A stretch of 64,000 nucleotides of DNA from Candidatus Lightella neohaematopini. Lineage in GTDB: Bacteria > Pseudomonadota > Gammaproteobacteria > Enterobacterales > Enterobacteriaceae. Location: positions 44,178 to 108,177 of the forward strand of contig JAOBJL010000002.1 in the NCBI GenBank assembly GCA_025728545.1, written 5' to 3'. Shown here in pieces: positions 17,604 to 28,161 of the stretch (position 1 is the stretch's first letter; every line of letters begins with the position of its first letter). Below the pieces are notes generated by a model. The model saw nothing but the letters and a program-made list of their open reading frames with translations, ran no database searches and was not told where the DNA came from. Both the position numbers and the translations under genes were made by a program.

Positions 17604-18005
17604 TTGAGACAAAATCGTCGTAAGGCAAGAATAAGAGCATTACAAGCATTATATTCTTTAAAAATAATAAATAGTATTAATAATGATTTTATTTTTAAAT
17701 TAAATAAATCTATTATTGATGTAACTTATTTTTATAAATTGTATTTAGGAGTATTAAAAAAATGTGATAAATTAGATAATATTATGTTGCCTTTTTTATC
17801 ACGTAATATTAATAAATTAGATCACATAGAACATATAATATTAAGAATTGCTATATTTGAGTTAGTATATCATAATTATATACCGTACAAAGTAGTAATT
17901 AATGAAGCAATTGAATTAACTAAAATTTTTGGTACTAGTAGTAGTTATAAATTTATCAATGGTGTGTTGGATCAAGTTGTTAATAAAATTAATATAAAAA
18001 AATAA
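17604..18005 (+). CDS. nusB: Transcription antitermination factor NusB
   Basis: The 133 aa product uses a TTG start. RRKARIRALQALYS and PYKVVINEAIELTKIFG...KFINGVLD match E. coli NusB. Confidence 0.9.
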   Translation: MRQNRRKARIRALQALYSLKIINSINNDFIFKLNKSIIDVTYFYKLYLGVLKKCDKLDNIMLPFLSRNINKLDHIEHIILRIAIFELVYHNYIPYKVVINEAIELTKIFGTSSSYKFINGVLDQVVNKINIKK

Positions 18006-18022
18006 TTATTTATTTTAAATGC

Positions 18023-18997
18023 ATGAATAATATAATAAATGAATCATATATCGTAAATCGTTTTTTTAAAAAAAAAATAAATGATAATTATGTTAAATTA
18101 GGTATTGGTGATGATTGTGCTTTACTATCTATAAATAGTAATAAGTATTTTATTGCAATAAGTACTAATTCATTAGTATCTGGGGTACATTTTTTACCAA
18201 ATATTAATCCAAGTAATTTAGGATATAAAATAGTAATTATTAATGTAAGTGACATAATTGCTATGGGAGCTAAACCAAAATGGATTACTATGTCTTTAAT
18301 ACTACCTAAATATGATGAGTATTGGTTATCTTTATTTAGTAATGAATTATTTAAGCAATTAGATTATTATAATATTAGCTTAATAGGTGGAAATCTTAGC
18401 AGTGGTAATTTATTAAGTATTACAGTTACTATATATGGAATAGTTCCAATAGATAAACAATTAACTAAATTTGGAATGAATATAAATGATATGATTTATG
18501 TTACTGGTACTCTTGGAGATAGTGCTTATGGACTAGAAATTTTAAAAAAAAATATTAAAATTTTTAATAAAAAACATAAATTATATTTTATAGATAAGCA
18601 TTTAAGACCTAAACCACCAGTTAAATTTGGTCAAAAAATTAGGATGATTGCTAATTCTGCTACTGATATTTCTGACGGTATTTTAAAAGAAATATATAAT
18701 ATGGTAAATACTACTAAATATAGTGCTAAAATATATTTAAATCGTCTTCCATTATCTAATAAATTAAAAAGGTATGTTAATTATTATAATGCATTAAATT
18801 TAGTATGTAATAGCGAAGACTATGAATTATGTTTTACTATTAAAAAAAATAATATTCATTTATTAAATAAATTAAATACAAATACTAAAATTACTTGTAT
18901 TGGAAAAATTATACCTTATATAGGAAGAAAATTATTATTATTAAATTATGATAAAAAATTATTAAATAACCCATTAGGGTATGATCATTTTAATTAA
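18023..18997 (+). CDS. thiL: Thiamine-monophosphate kinase
   Basis: The 324 aa product is close in length to E. coli ThiL (325 aa). It has GIGDDCALL, a GGNL-type motif and ATDISDG, which are AIR-synthase-like fold motifs. It follows the nusB-thiL-pgpA order. Confidence 0.85.
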   Translation: MNNIINESYIVNRFFKKKINDNYVKLGIGDDCALLSINSNKYFIAISTNSLVSGVHFLPNINPSNLGYKIVIINVSDIIAMGAKPKWITMSLILPKYDEYWLSLFSNELFKQLDYYNISLIGGNLSSGNLLSITVTIYGIVPIDKQLTKFGMNINDMIYVTGTLGDSAYGLEILKKNIKIFNKKHKLYFIDKHLRPKPPVKFGQKIRMIANSATDISDGILKEIYNMVNTTKYSAKIYLNRLPLSNKLKRYVNYYNALNLVCNSEDYELCFTIKKNNIHLLNKLNTNTKITCIGKIIPYIGRKLLLLNYDKKLLNNPLGYDHFN

Positions 18998-19014
18998 AGT
19001 TAGTCATTTTAAAA

Positions 19015-19479
19015 ATGAATTTCTTTAATAAAAGCTTATACAAGTTATTAAATCTTATTGTTACTGGTTTTGGTATAGGATATTTACCATGTTCTGGTAC
19101 TGTAACTACTATTATTAGTAGTATAATATGTTATTACATTACGTTAGTTTTTAATTTTTCTATATTAACATTTATAATTATACTTATATTAAGTACTTTA
19201 TTTTGCCATATTATTAATGATAATTCTGATATTAAAGATAATAATTGTATTATATTAGACGAATTTATTGGTACTTGGATAGTAATTCTACTACTACCTA
19301 ATAAATCTTTTTTAGAAATATCACTTAGTATATTTTTATTTAGAATATTAGATATTATTAAGCCATGGCCATTAAATCTTTTAGATAAGATATATAATGG
19401 TTTTGGTATTATGATTGATGATATATTAGCTGCATTAATAGCTGTAAGTATTATTATTTTATTGAATAATTTTATTTAA
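19015..19479 (+). CDS. pgpA: Phosphatidylglycerophosphatase A
   Basis: The 154 aa product matches E. coli PgpA in [15 protein letters not shown]...[11 protein letters not shown]...[11 protein letters not shown] (WDEFIGMWITLMALP...FRILDMWKPWP...GMGIMIDDIVA). Confidence 0.8.
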   Translation: MNFFNKSLYKLLNLIVTGFGIGYLPCSGTVTTIISSIICYYITLVFNFSILTFIIILILSTLFCHIINDNSDIKDNNCIILDEFIGTWIVILLLPNKSFLEISLSIFLFRILDIIKPWPLNLLDKIYNGFGIMIDDILAALIAVSIIILLNNFI

Positions 19480-21303
19480 CCAATTATTAATCTTTTTATA
19501 TATTCCTATACTATCTAATCCTAAATTAATTTGTACCTGTTTTTGATCACCGTGATTAATAAATAAATCTGGTAATCCTATATTTAATACTTTCACAGAT
19601 AACTGATTATACATAATAAATTCATTAACAGCACTACCAGCACCACCAACAATACTATTTTCTTCGATAGTAACAAAAATCTTATGATTATTAGATAATT
19701 CTTTAATTAAAGAAGTATCTAATGGTTTTACAAATCTCATATCTACTAAAGTACTATTAAGTTTATTAGCAACTATTAATGCTTGTGTAAATAATGTACC
19801 AAAATTTAATATTGCTATATTAACTCCATAACGATGAATTATTCCTTTCCCCAATGGGATTTTATATAATTTAGTTATTTTATTCATTCCACCAGTAATT
19901 GATCTTTTTGGATAACGTACTGCACTAGGACCATCTTGATAGTGATAACCGGTATATAACATTAATCTACATTCATTTTCGTTACTTGGAGTCATAATAA
20001 TGATATTAGGTACACATCGTAAAAATGATAAATCAAATGATCCTTGATGAGTTTTACCATCAAATCCTACTATTCCTCCACGATCAATAACAAATAAAAT
20101 AGGAATATTCTGTAATGCCACGTCATGAATAATTTGGTCATAGGCTCTCTGTAAAAAAGTAGAATAAATAGATACTACTGGTTTATAACCACCAATTGAC
20201 AACCCAACAGCAAAAGTTACAGCATGCTGTTCAGCAATAGCTACATCAAAAAATTGTTTTGGGTATTGACAAGCAAATTTATTCATACCTGATCCATAAC
20301 TCATAGCTGGAGTAATAGCAACTAACTTATTATCTTTAGCTGCAGTGTAACATAACCAATCACCAAAAATGTTAGAGTAACTAATAGTATTACTTAACAA
20401 TAAATTATTATTAGATATACTGTATTTTGGTACTGAATGCCAACTAATTGGATCTTGTTCTGCTGGTAAATAACCATAACCTTTAATTGTTACTAAATGT
20501 AATAATTGTGGACCAGACCTTAAACGTAAAATATTTAGTATTTTAATTAATTCTTTTATATTATGTCCATTAATAGGACCAATATAATTAAAACCTAAAT
20601 ACTTAAATAAGTTAATTGTATTATCAGTATATATATTATTATTATTTAATATATTAGTTGTTTGTTTAATTGTTTTATCTACTTTAGTTAAATTATTATA
20701 TTTTTTAATATTAGATAGATATTTATTAAGAGCTCCTATATTATTAGAAATTGATATGCCATTATCATTTAAAATTATTAATATATTTGGTTTAATATAG
20801 CCAGCATAATTTATTGCTTCAAAAGATATTCCTGCTGTCATTGCTCCATCTCCAATCACACAAACTACACGTCTATTTTTATACTGATTTTTCATTGCTA
20901 CAGCTATTCCAGAACTAACACTAATGGAAGTAGATGAATGACCAACTGTTAATACATCATATTTACTTTCTTCTCTTGAAGGAAATGGATGTAATCCATT
21001 AATTTGTCTAATGGTACTCATAAAATTACGTCTATTAGTTATTATTTTATGAGGATAAGTTTGATGACCAGTATCCCAAATTAAAAAATCTATTGGAGTA
21101 TTATACACGTAATGTAAAGCAATAGTTAATTCTACTACACCTAAACCAGAAGCAAGATGACCACTAGATTCATTAACAGTATCTAATAAAAATTCTCTTA
21201 ATTCATAACACACAATATCAAGATCTTTAATTGATAATTTACGTAATTCTACAGGATTATTAATATTAGTTAATATTGTGTATTTATTTTTTTTCATTAT
21301 CAT
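19459..21303 (-). CDS. dxs: 1-deoxy-D-xylulose-5-phosphate synthase
   Basis: The 614 aa product contains [21 protein letters not shown], the TPP motif GDGAMTAG....NDN and [11 protein letters not shown]. It is collinear with E. coli Dxs. Confidence 0.95.
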   Translation of the reverse strand: MIMKKNKYTILTNINNPVELRKLSIKDLDIVCYELREFLLDTVNESSGHLASGLGVVELTIALHYVYNTPIDFLIWDTGHQTYPHKIITNRRNFMSTIRQINGLHPFPSREESKYDVLTVGHSSTSISVSSGIAVAMKNQYKNRRVVCVIGDGAMTAGISFEAINYAGYIKPNILIILNDNGISISNNIGALNKYLSNIKKYNNLTKVDKTIKQTTNILNNNNIYTDNTINLFKYLGFNYIGPINGHNIKELIKILNILRLRSGPQLLHLVTIKGYGYLPAEQDPISWHSVPKYSISNNNLLLSNTISYSNIFGDWLCYTAAKDNKLVAITPAMSYGSGMNKFACQYPKQFFDVAIAEQHAVTFAVGLSIGGYKPVVSIYSTFLQRAYDQIIHDVALQNIPILFVIDRGGIVGFDGKTHQGSFDLSFLRCVPNIIIMTPSNENECRLMLYTGYHYQDGPSAVRYPKRSITGGMNKITKLYKIPLGKGIIHRYGVNIAILNFGTLFTQALIVANKLNSTLVDMRFVKPLDTSLIKELSNNHKIFVTIEENSIVGGAGSAVNEFIMYNQLSVKVLNIGLPDLFINHGDQKQVQINLGLDSIGIYKKINNWLNKIIQ

Positions 21304-21393
21304 AATTTTTTACTATTATATAATAGGTATTATGTAATTTATTATCATAGCAAAGAGTAAGTAGTCTTAAATATTAAGATTTAATATTATATA

Positions 21394-22296
21394 TTAATTA
21401 CTATGGATTTTAATAATATTATAATCTTTATATTTTACGATATTAAATAACTTTATATTTTCATAAACATATATATTTTTTAATTTTGTATATTTTATAA
21501 TATAACCATTTACATAATCTATTTCTAAAAATTTATTATTTTTTATATCTTGTAATATAAAAGATGCATTATTTTAATATTATTTAATACATTAGTAACT
21601 AAAATTATTAAATCTTTATTATTGATAATTACACTAATATATTTTGGTACATAAGATAATTCTTTATATATAGAAATACTTTTTTTTATATTTTAATAAC
21701 TTACCATTTTTACAATTATATATTGTTGTTGATGTGTTTATAATACAGTTAATTACTAATTTTTTAATTTGGTAATATATATATTTTTATACTAGATAAC
21801 ATTCAGTAATGATAAATCTAATATTTTTATTATATTAAAGTTAATATTATTTACTAGATTACTTATCTTACTAATTATTGTTAATCCTTAATAATTATGA
21901 TATATAATATCATAATTATTTTTATACATAACATAATTAGTAACTCTAATTAATAATGGTTATTTAATAAAATATAATTTATCTTCTATACCTAAACTAT
22001 TATATATTAATAATATAATACAATAATCTTTAATAAGATTTATTATTTATTTTAAAGCTGGAATAATATATATCCATAATTTTTAGTGTTACTATTAATA
22101 AATTACTATTACTTAAATGTAGTACATTATTTGTTGGTAGTATAATACTATTACTCATACTATTAGTATTAATAATATTAATATATATTTATCTTTATTA
22201 TTTTTTTAACTACTCTTGAATACTATTATTACTTTTAATTTAATAATATATTCATAATATACCTAGAGCTCCATAATCTAACACCATAATTTTCAT
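21394..22296 (-). pseudogene. panE: Decayed 2-dehydropantoate 2-reductase (ketopantoate reductase) gene
   Basis: The reverse-strand span from ATG (complement of 22294-22296) to TAA (complement of 21394-21396) is 903 nt, about the length of E. coli panE (303 codons). It is collinear with PanE: MKIMVLDYGALGIL* versus MKITVLGCGALGQLW, and NLLIVTLK versus DLLLVTLK at the same codon numbers 65-72. IILLIYNSLGIEDKL versus PILLIHNGMGTIEEL now lies in a shifted frame. LQDIKNNKFLEIDYVNGYII...YENIKLFNIVK matches [20 protein letters not shown]...PENTRLFEMVK. In-frame stops occur at codons 15, 19, 29, 33, 34, 36 and 89, with more further on, and there are at least two frameshifts. Trp15 has changed TGG->TGA and Trp29 TGG->TAG. 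The track has no ORF of 60 aa or more here. Confidence 0.8.
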
Positions 22297-22309
22297 ATAT
22301 TTATAGTAA

Positions 22310-23479
22310 TTATTTTCTTTTTAATTCATTAGAATTTTTTATAATTATAAATAGCCATATTATTAATATTAGTATATTAACTAACAGTATAAATTTTGTT
22401 GATTTACTAATATATAGTAATAATCCACTAATTATCCCACCAACAGAACTACCTAAAAATTGATTAGTAGAATATAATCCTAATATCGTACCGTTAAATA
22501 GTATATTATTAATAGTTACTTTTTTTAAAAGTTGTGGTAGTATAGATTCTATTATACTAAAAGATATAAAAAATAGTTGTATACTAATTATTAATAATAA
22601 TTTATTAATAATAACTAGTTTTAATAGTATTGATATTAAAAATAATGTTATAAAGTTAATTAATATATATAATATTTTATATGAGTATTTATTAAAGATA
22701 TTAATTAATATAAATGTAATTATAAAAGATAATGTACTATATAAATATATTTTCCAATGATTAGGATAATCTATACCAACTTTTATTAAATCATAAGGTA
22801 TAGTAATAAAATTCGATACTAATAATACATGTAAGCAAAATATACTAAAGTTTATTAAAACTAGATTTTTATTAAAAATTAGATTAATTATATTTATTTT
22901 TAATTTATTTGTTGATATTTTATTTTTTTCTATATTAGGTATAATAGAATATGTCGTAATAATTCCTAATATTGATAATATAGCTGTAATTATAAACAGA
23001 GCATGAAAGCTAATTAATGTAATTATTATTGGACCTAATATAATTGAAACAATAAAAGATAATAAAAAACTAATTCCTAAACACATCATAGATATAGCAT
23101 AATACTTAGTATTAATAGAATCATATATAATACTCATAATTACTGGACTAATAGCACTTATTCCTTGTATAGCTCTACCTATAATTAAACCAAAAATATT
23201 ATTTACCTTAATAATTATTAAACTACCAAACAAAAATATTACTAATCCTAGTACAATTAAATTTTTACGATTAAATTTATCAGCAGCAATACCAAATGGT
23301 ATTTGACAAATTATTTGCATAATACTATATATACTAATAGATATTCCTATCAATAAATCATTAGTATTAAATAATTTACCATAGTTAGTAATTACTGGTA
23401 ATAATATAAATGTACTGATCATTCTTACAATAAATAGGATACATGTACCAATTATAATTCTTATTGTTTTAATATTCAT
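22310..23479 (-). CDS. yajR: MFS transporter YajR homologue (transmembrane core only)
   Basis: The 389 aa product matches E. coli YajR in [57 protein letters not shown] and LYSTNQFLG. It lies next to cyoE, as in E. coli. Confidence 0.85.
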   Translation of the reverse strand: MNIKTIRIIIGTCILFIVRMISTFILLPVITNYGKLFNTNDLLIGISISIYSIMQIICQIPFGIAADKFNRKNLIVLGLVIFLFGSLIIIKVNNIFGLIIGRAIQGISAISPVIMSIIYDSINTKYYAISMMCLGISFLLSFIVSIILGPIIITLISFHALFIITAILSILGIITTYSIIPNIEKNKISTNKLKINIINLIFNKNLVLINFSIFCLHVLLVSNFITIPYDLIKVGIDYPNHWKIYLYSTLSFIITFILINIFNKYSYKILYILINFITLFLISILLKLVIINKLLLIISIQLFFISFSIIESILPQLLKKVTINNILFNGTILGLYSTNQFLGSSVGGIISGLLLYISKSTKFILLVNILILIIWLFIIIKNSNELKRK

Positions 23480-23514
23480 ATTTATTAAGTATTTAATTTT
23501 ATATAAAAATATTA

Positions 23515-24363
23515 TTATACTTTATAATAACTTAATATAGATAAGTTAAATATATTAATATTTATAATAGATAGGATAAATATTTTTTTTGCCCAATTAT
23601 TTATATTATTAATTCCTAATGATATATATAACCATACTATCATGGCAGGAAGATTAGTGATAATAAAATACATATTACTATTAGTTAGTATACCTAATAA
23701 AAATATTAATAATATATATAAAATAATAAAAATAATAATATATTTTCTAGTAGTTAAATAACCATAATACAAAGGTAGTACTGGAATATTAGCTTTTTTG
23801 TAATCATTGATGTACATAATAGATAACGCATAAGAATGCGGTATTTGCCACGTTATAAATATTAACATTAATATTAATGATTCATAATTAAAATTTAATA
23901 TACTGCAATATCCAATTACTGGTGGCATTGCTCCTGATAAACTACCTATTAATATACTATATAAAGAATTTCTTTTAAGATAAATACTATAGAACAATAT
24001 ATATATTATAGTACCTAATAAAGATAGAATTAAAACTAATAAATTATTAGTAATAACTAATATTATTAATCCTAATGTAGCTAATAGGATAGACATCCAT
24101 AATAATAATAATGATAATATTTTATTGTTTATAAATAATCTATCTTTAGTTCTATCCATAATTATATCAATATCTCTATCAATATAATTATTTAATAAGC
24201 AATTAGATACTAATAAAAAAAACATTCCTAATATTGTATAAATCAGTAATTTAATATTTATTATTTTTGTTGTTCTAGATGCTAGTAAAAAACCACTAAT
24301 TAAAGATAATAAATTACCAATAACAATTTTTAGTTTTATAGTACGTATAGATTTTATTATCAT
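23515..24363 (-). CDS. cyoE: Protoheme IX farnesyltransferase (heme O synthase)
   Basis: The 282 aa product has the UbiA-family motif NNYIDRDIDIIMDRTKDR and multiple TM segments. It is the last gene of the cyo operon. Confidence 0.9.
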   Translation of the reverse strand: MIIKSIRTIKLKIVIGNLLSLISGFLLASRTTKIINIKLLIYTILGMFFLLVSNCLLNNYIDRDIDIIMDRTKDRLFINNKILSLLLLWMSILLATLGLIILVITNNLLVLILSLLGTIIYILFYSIYLKRNSLYSILIGSLSGAMPPVIGYCSILNFNYESLILMLIFITWQIPHSYALSIMYINDYKKANIPVLPLYYGYLTTRKYIIIFIILYILLIFLLGILTNSNMYFIITNLPAMIVWLYISLGINNINNWAKKIFILSIININIFNLSILSYYKV

Positions 24364-24379
24364 TATATATTAACATTAT

Positions 24380-24658
24380 TTATAGTAAATTTTTATACAT
24401 ATGACACATAATCCATATTGAACCAGTAATTAATATAGTAATAATAATTAAAGTAAATAATAAAGATATAAAATACCATTTATATTTTAAATACAAATTA
24501 AAATCTAAAAAATAAAAAAAATGTACTATAATTTGCAATATACCACAGATAATTAATATTAATATTATTAATTTACTTTTTAATAATACTGATGAAATGA
24601 ATGGAATTATTGTTAATATTATAGAATATAACAGTCCAAATAAATATTTATTTTTCAT
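24380..24658 (-). CDS. cyoD: Cytochrome bo3 ubiquinol oxidase subunit IV
   Basis: The 92 aa product has three TM segments. It sits between cyoC and cyoE. Confidence 0.8.
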   Translation of the reverse strand: MKNKYLFGLLYSIILTIIPFISSVLLKSKLIILILIICGILQIIVHFFYFLDFNLYLKYKWYFISLLFTLIIITILITGSIWIMCHMYKNLL

Positions 24659-24669
24659 TATTAATAATT

Positions 24670-25272
24670 TTAATGTTTAACAGTAATAAAACTAAATAAG
24701 TAAACAATTGTAAAAATGAACACCCATATTATATCTAAAAAATGCCAAAATAAACTTAAGCAATACAAATTATTTTTTATTTTGTCAAACTTATTTAAAT
24801 AAATTTGTAACATTAATATTATAAACCAAATCAATCCAACTATTATATGTATACCATGTATTCCTAATAATGTAAAAAAACTAGAAAGAAAATAATTTTT
24901 ATCTGGACCAAAATTATTTTTAATTAAATGAATAAATTCGTATATTTCCATATAAATAAAACTTATCCCTAGTAAAAAAGTTATCAATAAACAATAAAAC
25001 ATATATTTTATTTTATTAATACTAAAATAATAATTAATTAAACAACAAGTGTAGCTACTAATAAGTAAAATTAAAGTTTCAACTAAAACAAATGGTATAT
25101 TATAAAAACTACTATTAACTGTATTTAACATATTATTATAAGATAAAATATAAATAATGAATAATACTGAAAAAAATACACAATCACTCATTAAATATAC
25201 CCAAAGACCAAACATATTATTATTCATATTAATATGAATATCTTTTAAAGATTTACTATTAATGTTTAACAT
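24670..25272 (-). CDS. cyoC: Cytochrome bo3 ubiquinol oxidase subunit III
   Basis: The 200 aa product contains FGLWVYLMSDC.., GIHGIHIIVGLIW and LFWHFLDIIWVFIF, which are typical of subunit III. Confidence 0.9.
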   Translation of the reverse strand: MLNINSKSLKDIHINMNNNMFGLWVYLMSDCVFFSVLFIIYILSYNNMLNTVNSSFYNIPFVLVETLILLISSYTCCLINYYFSINKIKYMFYCLLITFLLGISFIYMEIYEFIHLIKNNFGPDKNYFLSSFFTLLGIHGIHIIVGLIWFIILMLQIYLNKFDKIKNNLYCLSLFWHFLDIIWVFIFTIVYLFSFITVKH

Positions 25273-25280
25273 AATTTCAA

Positions 25281-27251
25281 TTATTCTCGTATATATCTAT
25301 TGTTTTCAATAATTCTTATTTTGTTGGTTGAAAAATAATAATATTCTTTACTTTTAATATTATATAATATAGTAACAATAATTATTCCAATCATACTAAT
25401 AATTGATAACCACCAAATATACCAAATCATAGAAAAACAAAACAACAATGCAAATATAGCAATTAATATACTAAAACTTGTATTTTTAGGTAAAAAAATT
25501 GATTGATATTTTTTTAATTTTGCATCAGTACTAATATTTTTCTTTATAATCCAAAAAGCATCAATTGTATCCTCTATTTTAGGTATAATTGCAAAATTAT
25601 ACACTGGTGGCGGTGATGATGTGAACCACTCTAAAGTTCTTCCGTTCCATGGATCACCACTGTAATCAATATTACTTTTTTTGTTAATTATACTAATTAC
25701 TACTTGTATTATTTGAGATAGTATACCCAACATTATAATTAGTACTCCAACAAAAGAAATAGTTAATAAGTTATGAAAATCTAAGTCTATGGATTGATTT
25801 AGTCTTCTAGTCATACCCATAAATCCTAATACGTATAAAGGCATAAATGCTGTATAGAAGCCAATAATCCAAAAGAAAAATGCTACCTTACCCCATGTTT
25901 CATTTAAGGTAAAACCAAAAATTTTTGGAAACCAATAAGTAGCACCAGCGAAGCAACCAAATAAAACACCACCAATAATAACATTATGAAAATGAGCAAC
26001 AACAAATAAACTATTATGTAAAACATAATTAGCTGTTGGCAATGCTAATAATACTCCTGCTGCTCCACCAATTACGAATGTAATAATAAACCCAATAGTC
26101 CATAACATAATTGAATTAATAATAATTCTTCCTCTATACATAGTAAATAACCAGTTGAATATTTTTACACCAGTAGGAATAGCAATTACCATTGTCATAA
26201 TTCCAAAGAATGAATTAACATTAGATCCAGCACCCATAGTAAAAAAATGGTGTAACCAAACACAAAATGCTAGTAACGTAATAATTATAGTGGTAAAAAT
26301 TAAAGTTTTGTAATTAAATAAGCTTTTTTGTGAGAAAGTAGCAACTACTTCAGAAAAAATACCAAATATTGGTAATACTAATATATATACTTCAGGATGT
26401 CCCCAAGACCAAAATAAATTAATATACATCATTGGATTACCACCCATATCTTGAGTAAAAAAATGCATTCCTAAATATCGATCTAAAGTTAACAACATGA
26501 TAGTTACAGTTAATATTGGAAACGCTATAACAATTAATATGTTTGTACATAATGTAGTCCAAGTAAAAACTGGCATATTCATTATATTCATATTTGGTAC
26601 ACGCATAAATAATATAGTGACAATAAAGTTTATTCCAGTAATAGTAGTACTAATTCCAGATATTTGCATGCTCCAAATCCAGTAATCTACCCCAACTCCT
26701 GGACTATAAGTTTTCTCAGATAATGGAGGATAAGCAGTCCATCCAGTTTGTGCAAATTCACCTATACCTAAAGATAAGTTTATTAATATAACACCAACCA
26801 TAAATAACCAGAAACTTAAAGAATTTAACATAGGAAATGCTAAGTCACGAGATCCTATTTGTAAGGGAATAATAATATTCATTAAACCAATTATAAATGG
26901 AGTAGCCATAAATATTATCATTATAACACCATGAACAGTAACAATTTGATCATAATGATGTGGTGATAAAAATCCTTTTTGTATATTAGAAGACGCTAAC
27001 ATTTGTTGAGTTCTCATCATAACAGCATCAACAAAACCTCTTAGTAACATCACCATTGATATTATTATATACATAATACCAATTTTTTTATGATCTAATG
27101 AAGTTAACCAATTATTCCATAAATATTTCCATTTACCAAAGTAACTAATAACAAATACTATAGTCAAACTAGCTATTATAATAAATACAAAAGTAAACAC
27201 AATAATTGGTTCATTATATGGAATATCATTTATTTTTAATCTACCAAACAT
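25281..27251 (-). CDS. cyoB: Cytochrome bo3 ubiquinol oxidase subunit I
   Basis: [17 protein letters not shown] matches E. coli MFGKLSLDAVPFHEPIV. The product also has the heme-copper motifs [20 protein letters not shown] and [17 protein letters not shown]. The track ORF starts 6 codons earlier at a TTG (27269), but the ATG at 27251 is the homologous start. Confidence 0.95.
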   Translation of the reverse strand: MFGRLKINDIPYNEPIIVFTFVFIIIASLTIVFVISYFGKWKYLWNNWLTSLDHKKIGIMYIIISMVMLLRGFVDAVMMRTQQMLASSNIQKGFLSPHHYDQIVTVHGVIMIIFMATPFIIGLMNIIIPLQIGSRDLAFPMLNSLSFWLFMVGVILINLSLGIGEFAQTGWTAYPPLSEKTYSPGVGVDYWIWSMQISGISTTITGINFIVTILFMRVPNMNIMNMPVFTWTTLCTNILIVIAFPILTVTIMLLTLDRYLGMHFFTQDMGGNPMMYINLFWSWGHPEVYILVLPIFGIFSEVVATFSQKSLFNYKTLIFTTIIITLLAFCVWLHHFFTMGAGSNVNSFFGIMTMVIAIPTGVKIFNWLFTMYRGRIIINSIMLWTIGFIITFVIGGAAGVLLALPTANYVLHNSLFVVAHFHNVIIGGVLFGCFAGATYWFPKIFGFTLNETWGKVAFFFWIIGFYTAFMPLYVLGFMGMTRRLNQSIDLDFHNLLTISFVGVLIIMLGILSQIIQVVISIINKKSNIDYSGDPWNGRTLEWFTSSPPPVYNFAIIPKIEDTIDAFWIIKKNISTDAKLKKYQSIFLPKNTSFSILIAIFALLFCFSMIWYIWWLSIISMIGIIIVTILYNIKSKEYYYFSTNKIRIIENNRYIRE

Positions 27252-27318
27252 TTTTTTTCCTGTAAGCAAAATAAATTTTTATATTTAAAAAAAACAATAA
27301 TAGTATAAATAAATAGTA

Positions 27319-28161
27319 TTATTTATCTAAATGACTTTTATTTATAACATAGCAAAAAATTTTATTATTTACATTAGAAAAATATTTTACTGAATTAAAT
27401 TTACTAGGTAAAGATAATTTCTTATAATCTAAAAAATTGGTTAGTTTAATTTTACAAGATTTAATTTTATTAATCCATAAATTAAATTTATTATTATCTA
27501 CAACGAACACATTAAATTTCATACCAGAAAAACCACTACCGCTAAAATTAGATGATATACCTTTGTAAATACCAATTTTATTAGCAATTAAATTTAACTT
27601 TGAACACATATTACTCATAGCATAAATTTGACTACCTAATTGAGGTATAAAGAATGAATTCATAACTGAATCGGAAGTAATATTAAAAATTATTGGTGTA
27701 TTTATTGGAATATACATTTCATTAACCGCAGCAATTTTAAAATCAGGATATATAAATAACCATTTCCAATTTAATGATATAACGTTTATTTTAATAGGTG
27801 TATTAGAGGTTAATATTGGTTTACAAGGATCTAACTTTTCACTACTATCTATAGTGATATTAGATAGCATTAGTACAATTATAATTGGTATAATCCAAAT
27901 AAATAACTCTAAAATTTTAGATTTACACCATTCTGGTTTATATAATACTTTAGTATTGGATGATCTATATTTAGTAATAAAAACCAGAGTCATTATTATT
28001 ACTGGTATAATAATAATCAACATAAATTTTATTGCTGTTATTATCACTAATTTTTCTTGTGCACCTATCTGTCCAGTTGGATTTAATACTACTAATTTAT
28101 GATTACATCCAAACAATATAACGGTAAAGAAAAGTAAAGAAATATTTTTTATAATATTCAT
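27319..28161 (-). CDS. cyoA: Cytochrome bo3 ubiquinol oxidase subunit II
   Basis: The 280 aa product has a lipoprotein-like N-terminus (..LFGC), two TM segments and a cupredoxin-fold region SDSVMNSFFIPQLGSQIYAM. It is the first gene of the operon. Confidence 0.9.
   Translation of the reverse strand: MNIIKNISLLFFTVILFGCNHKLVVLNPTGQIGAQEKLVIITAIKFMLIIIIPVIIMTLVFITKYRSSNTKVLYKPEWCKSKILELFIWIIPIIIVLMLSNITIDSSEKLDPCKPILTSNTPIKINVISLNWKWLFIYPDFKIAAVNEMYIPINTPIIFNITSDSVMNSFFIPQLGSQIYAMSNMCSKLNLIANKIGIYKGISSNFSGSGFSGMKFNVFVVDNNKFNLWINKIKSCKIKLTNFLDYKKLSLPSKFNSVKYFSNVNNKIFCYVINKSHLDK

Noticed and set aside
21304-22309. My first guess was that the ORF-free kilobase upstream of dxs was a decayed ispA (plus xseB), because xseB-ispA-dxs is the E. 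coli operon.
   Set aside because: The translation shows no polyprenyl-synthase DDxxD motifs. Instead it is collinear with PanE from start to stop, so it is re-assigned as a panE pseudogene. ispA is simply absent here.
26497-26685. A 62-aa plus-strand ORF.
   Set aside because: It is antisense to and nested within cyoB.
27854-28102. An 82-aa plus-strand ORF.
   Set aside because: It is antisense to and nested within cyoA.
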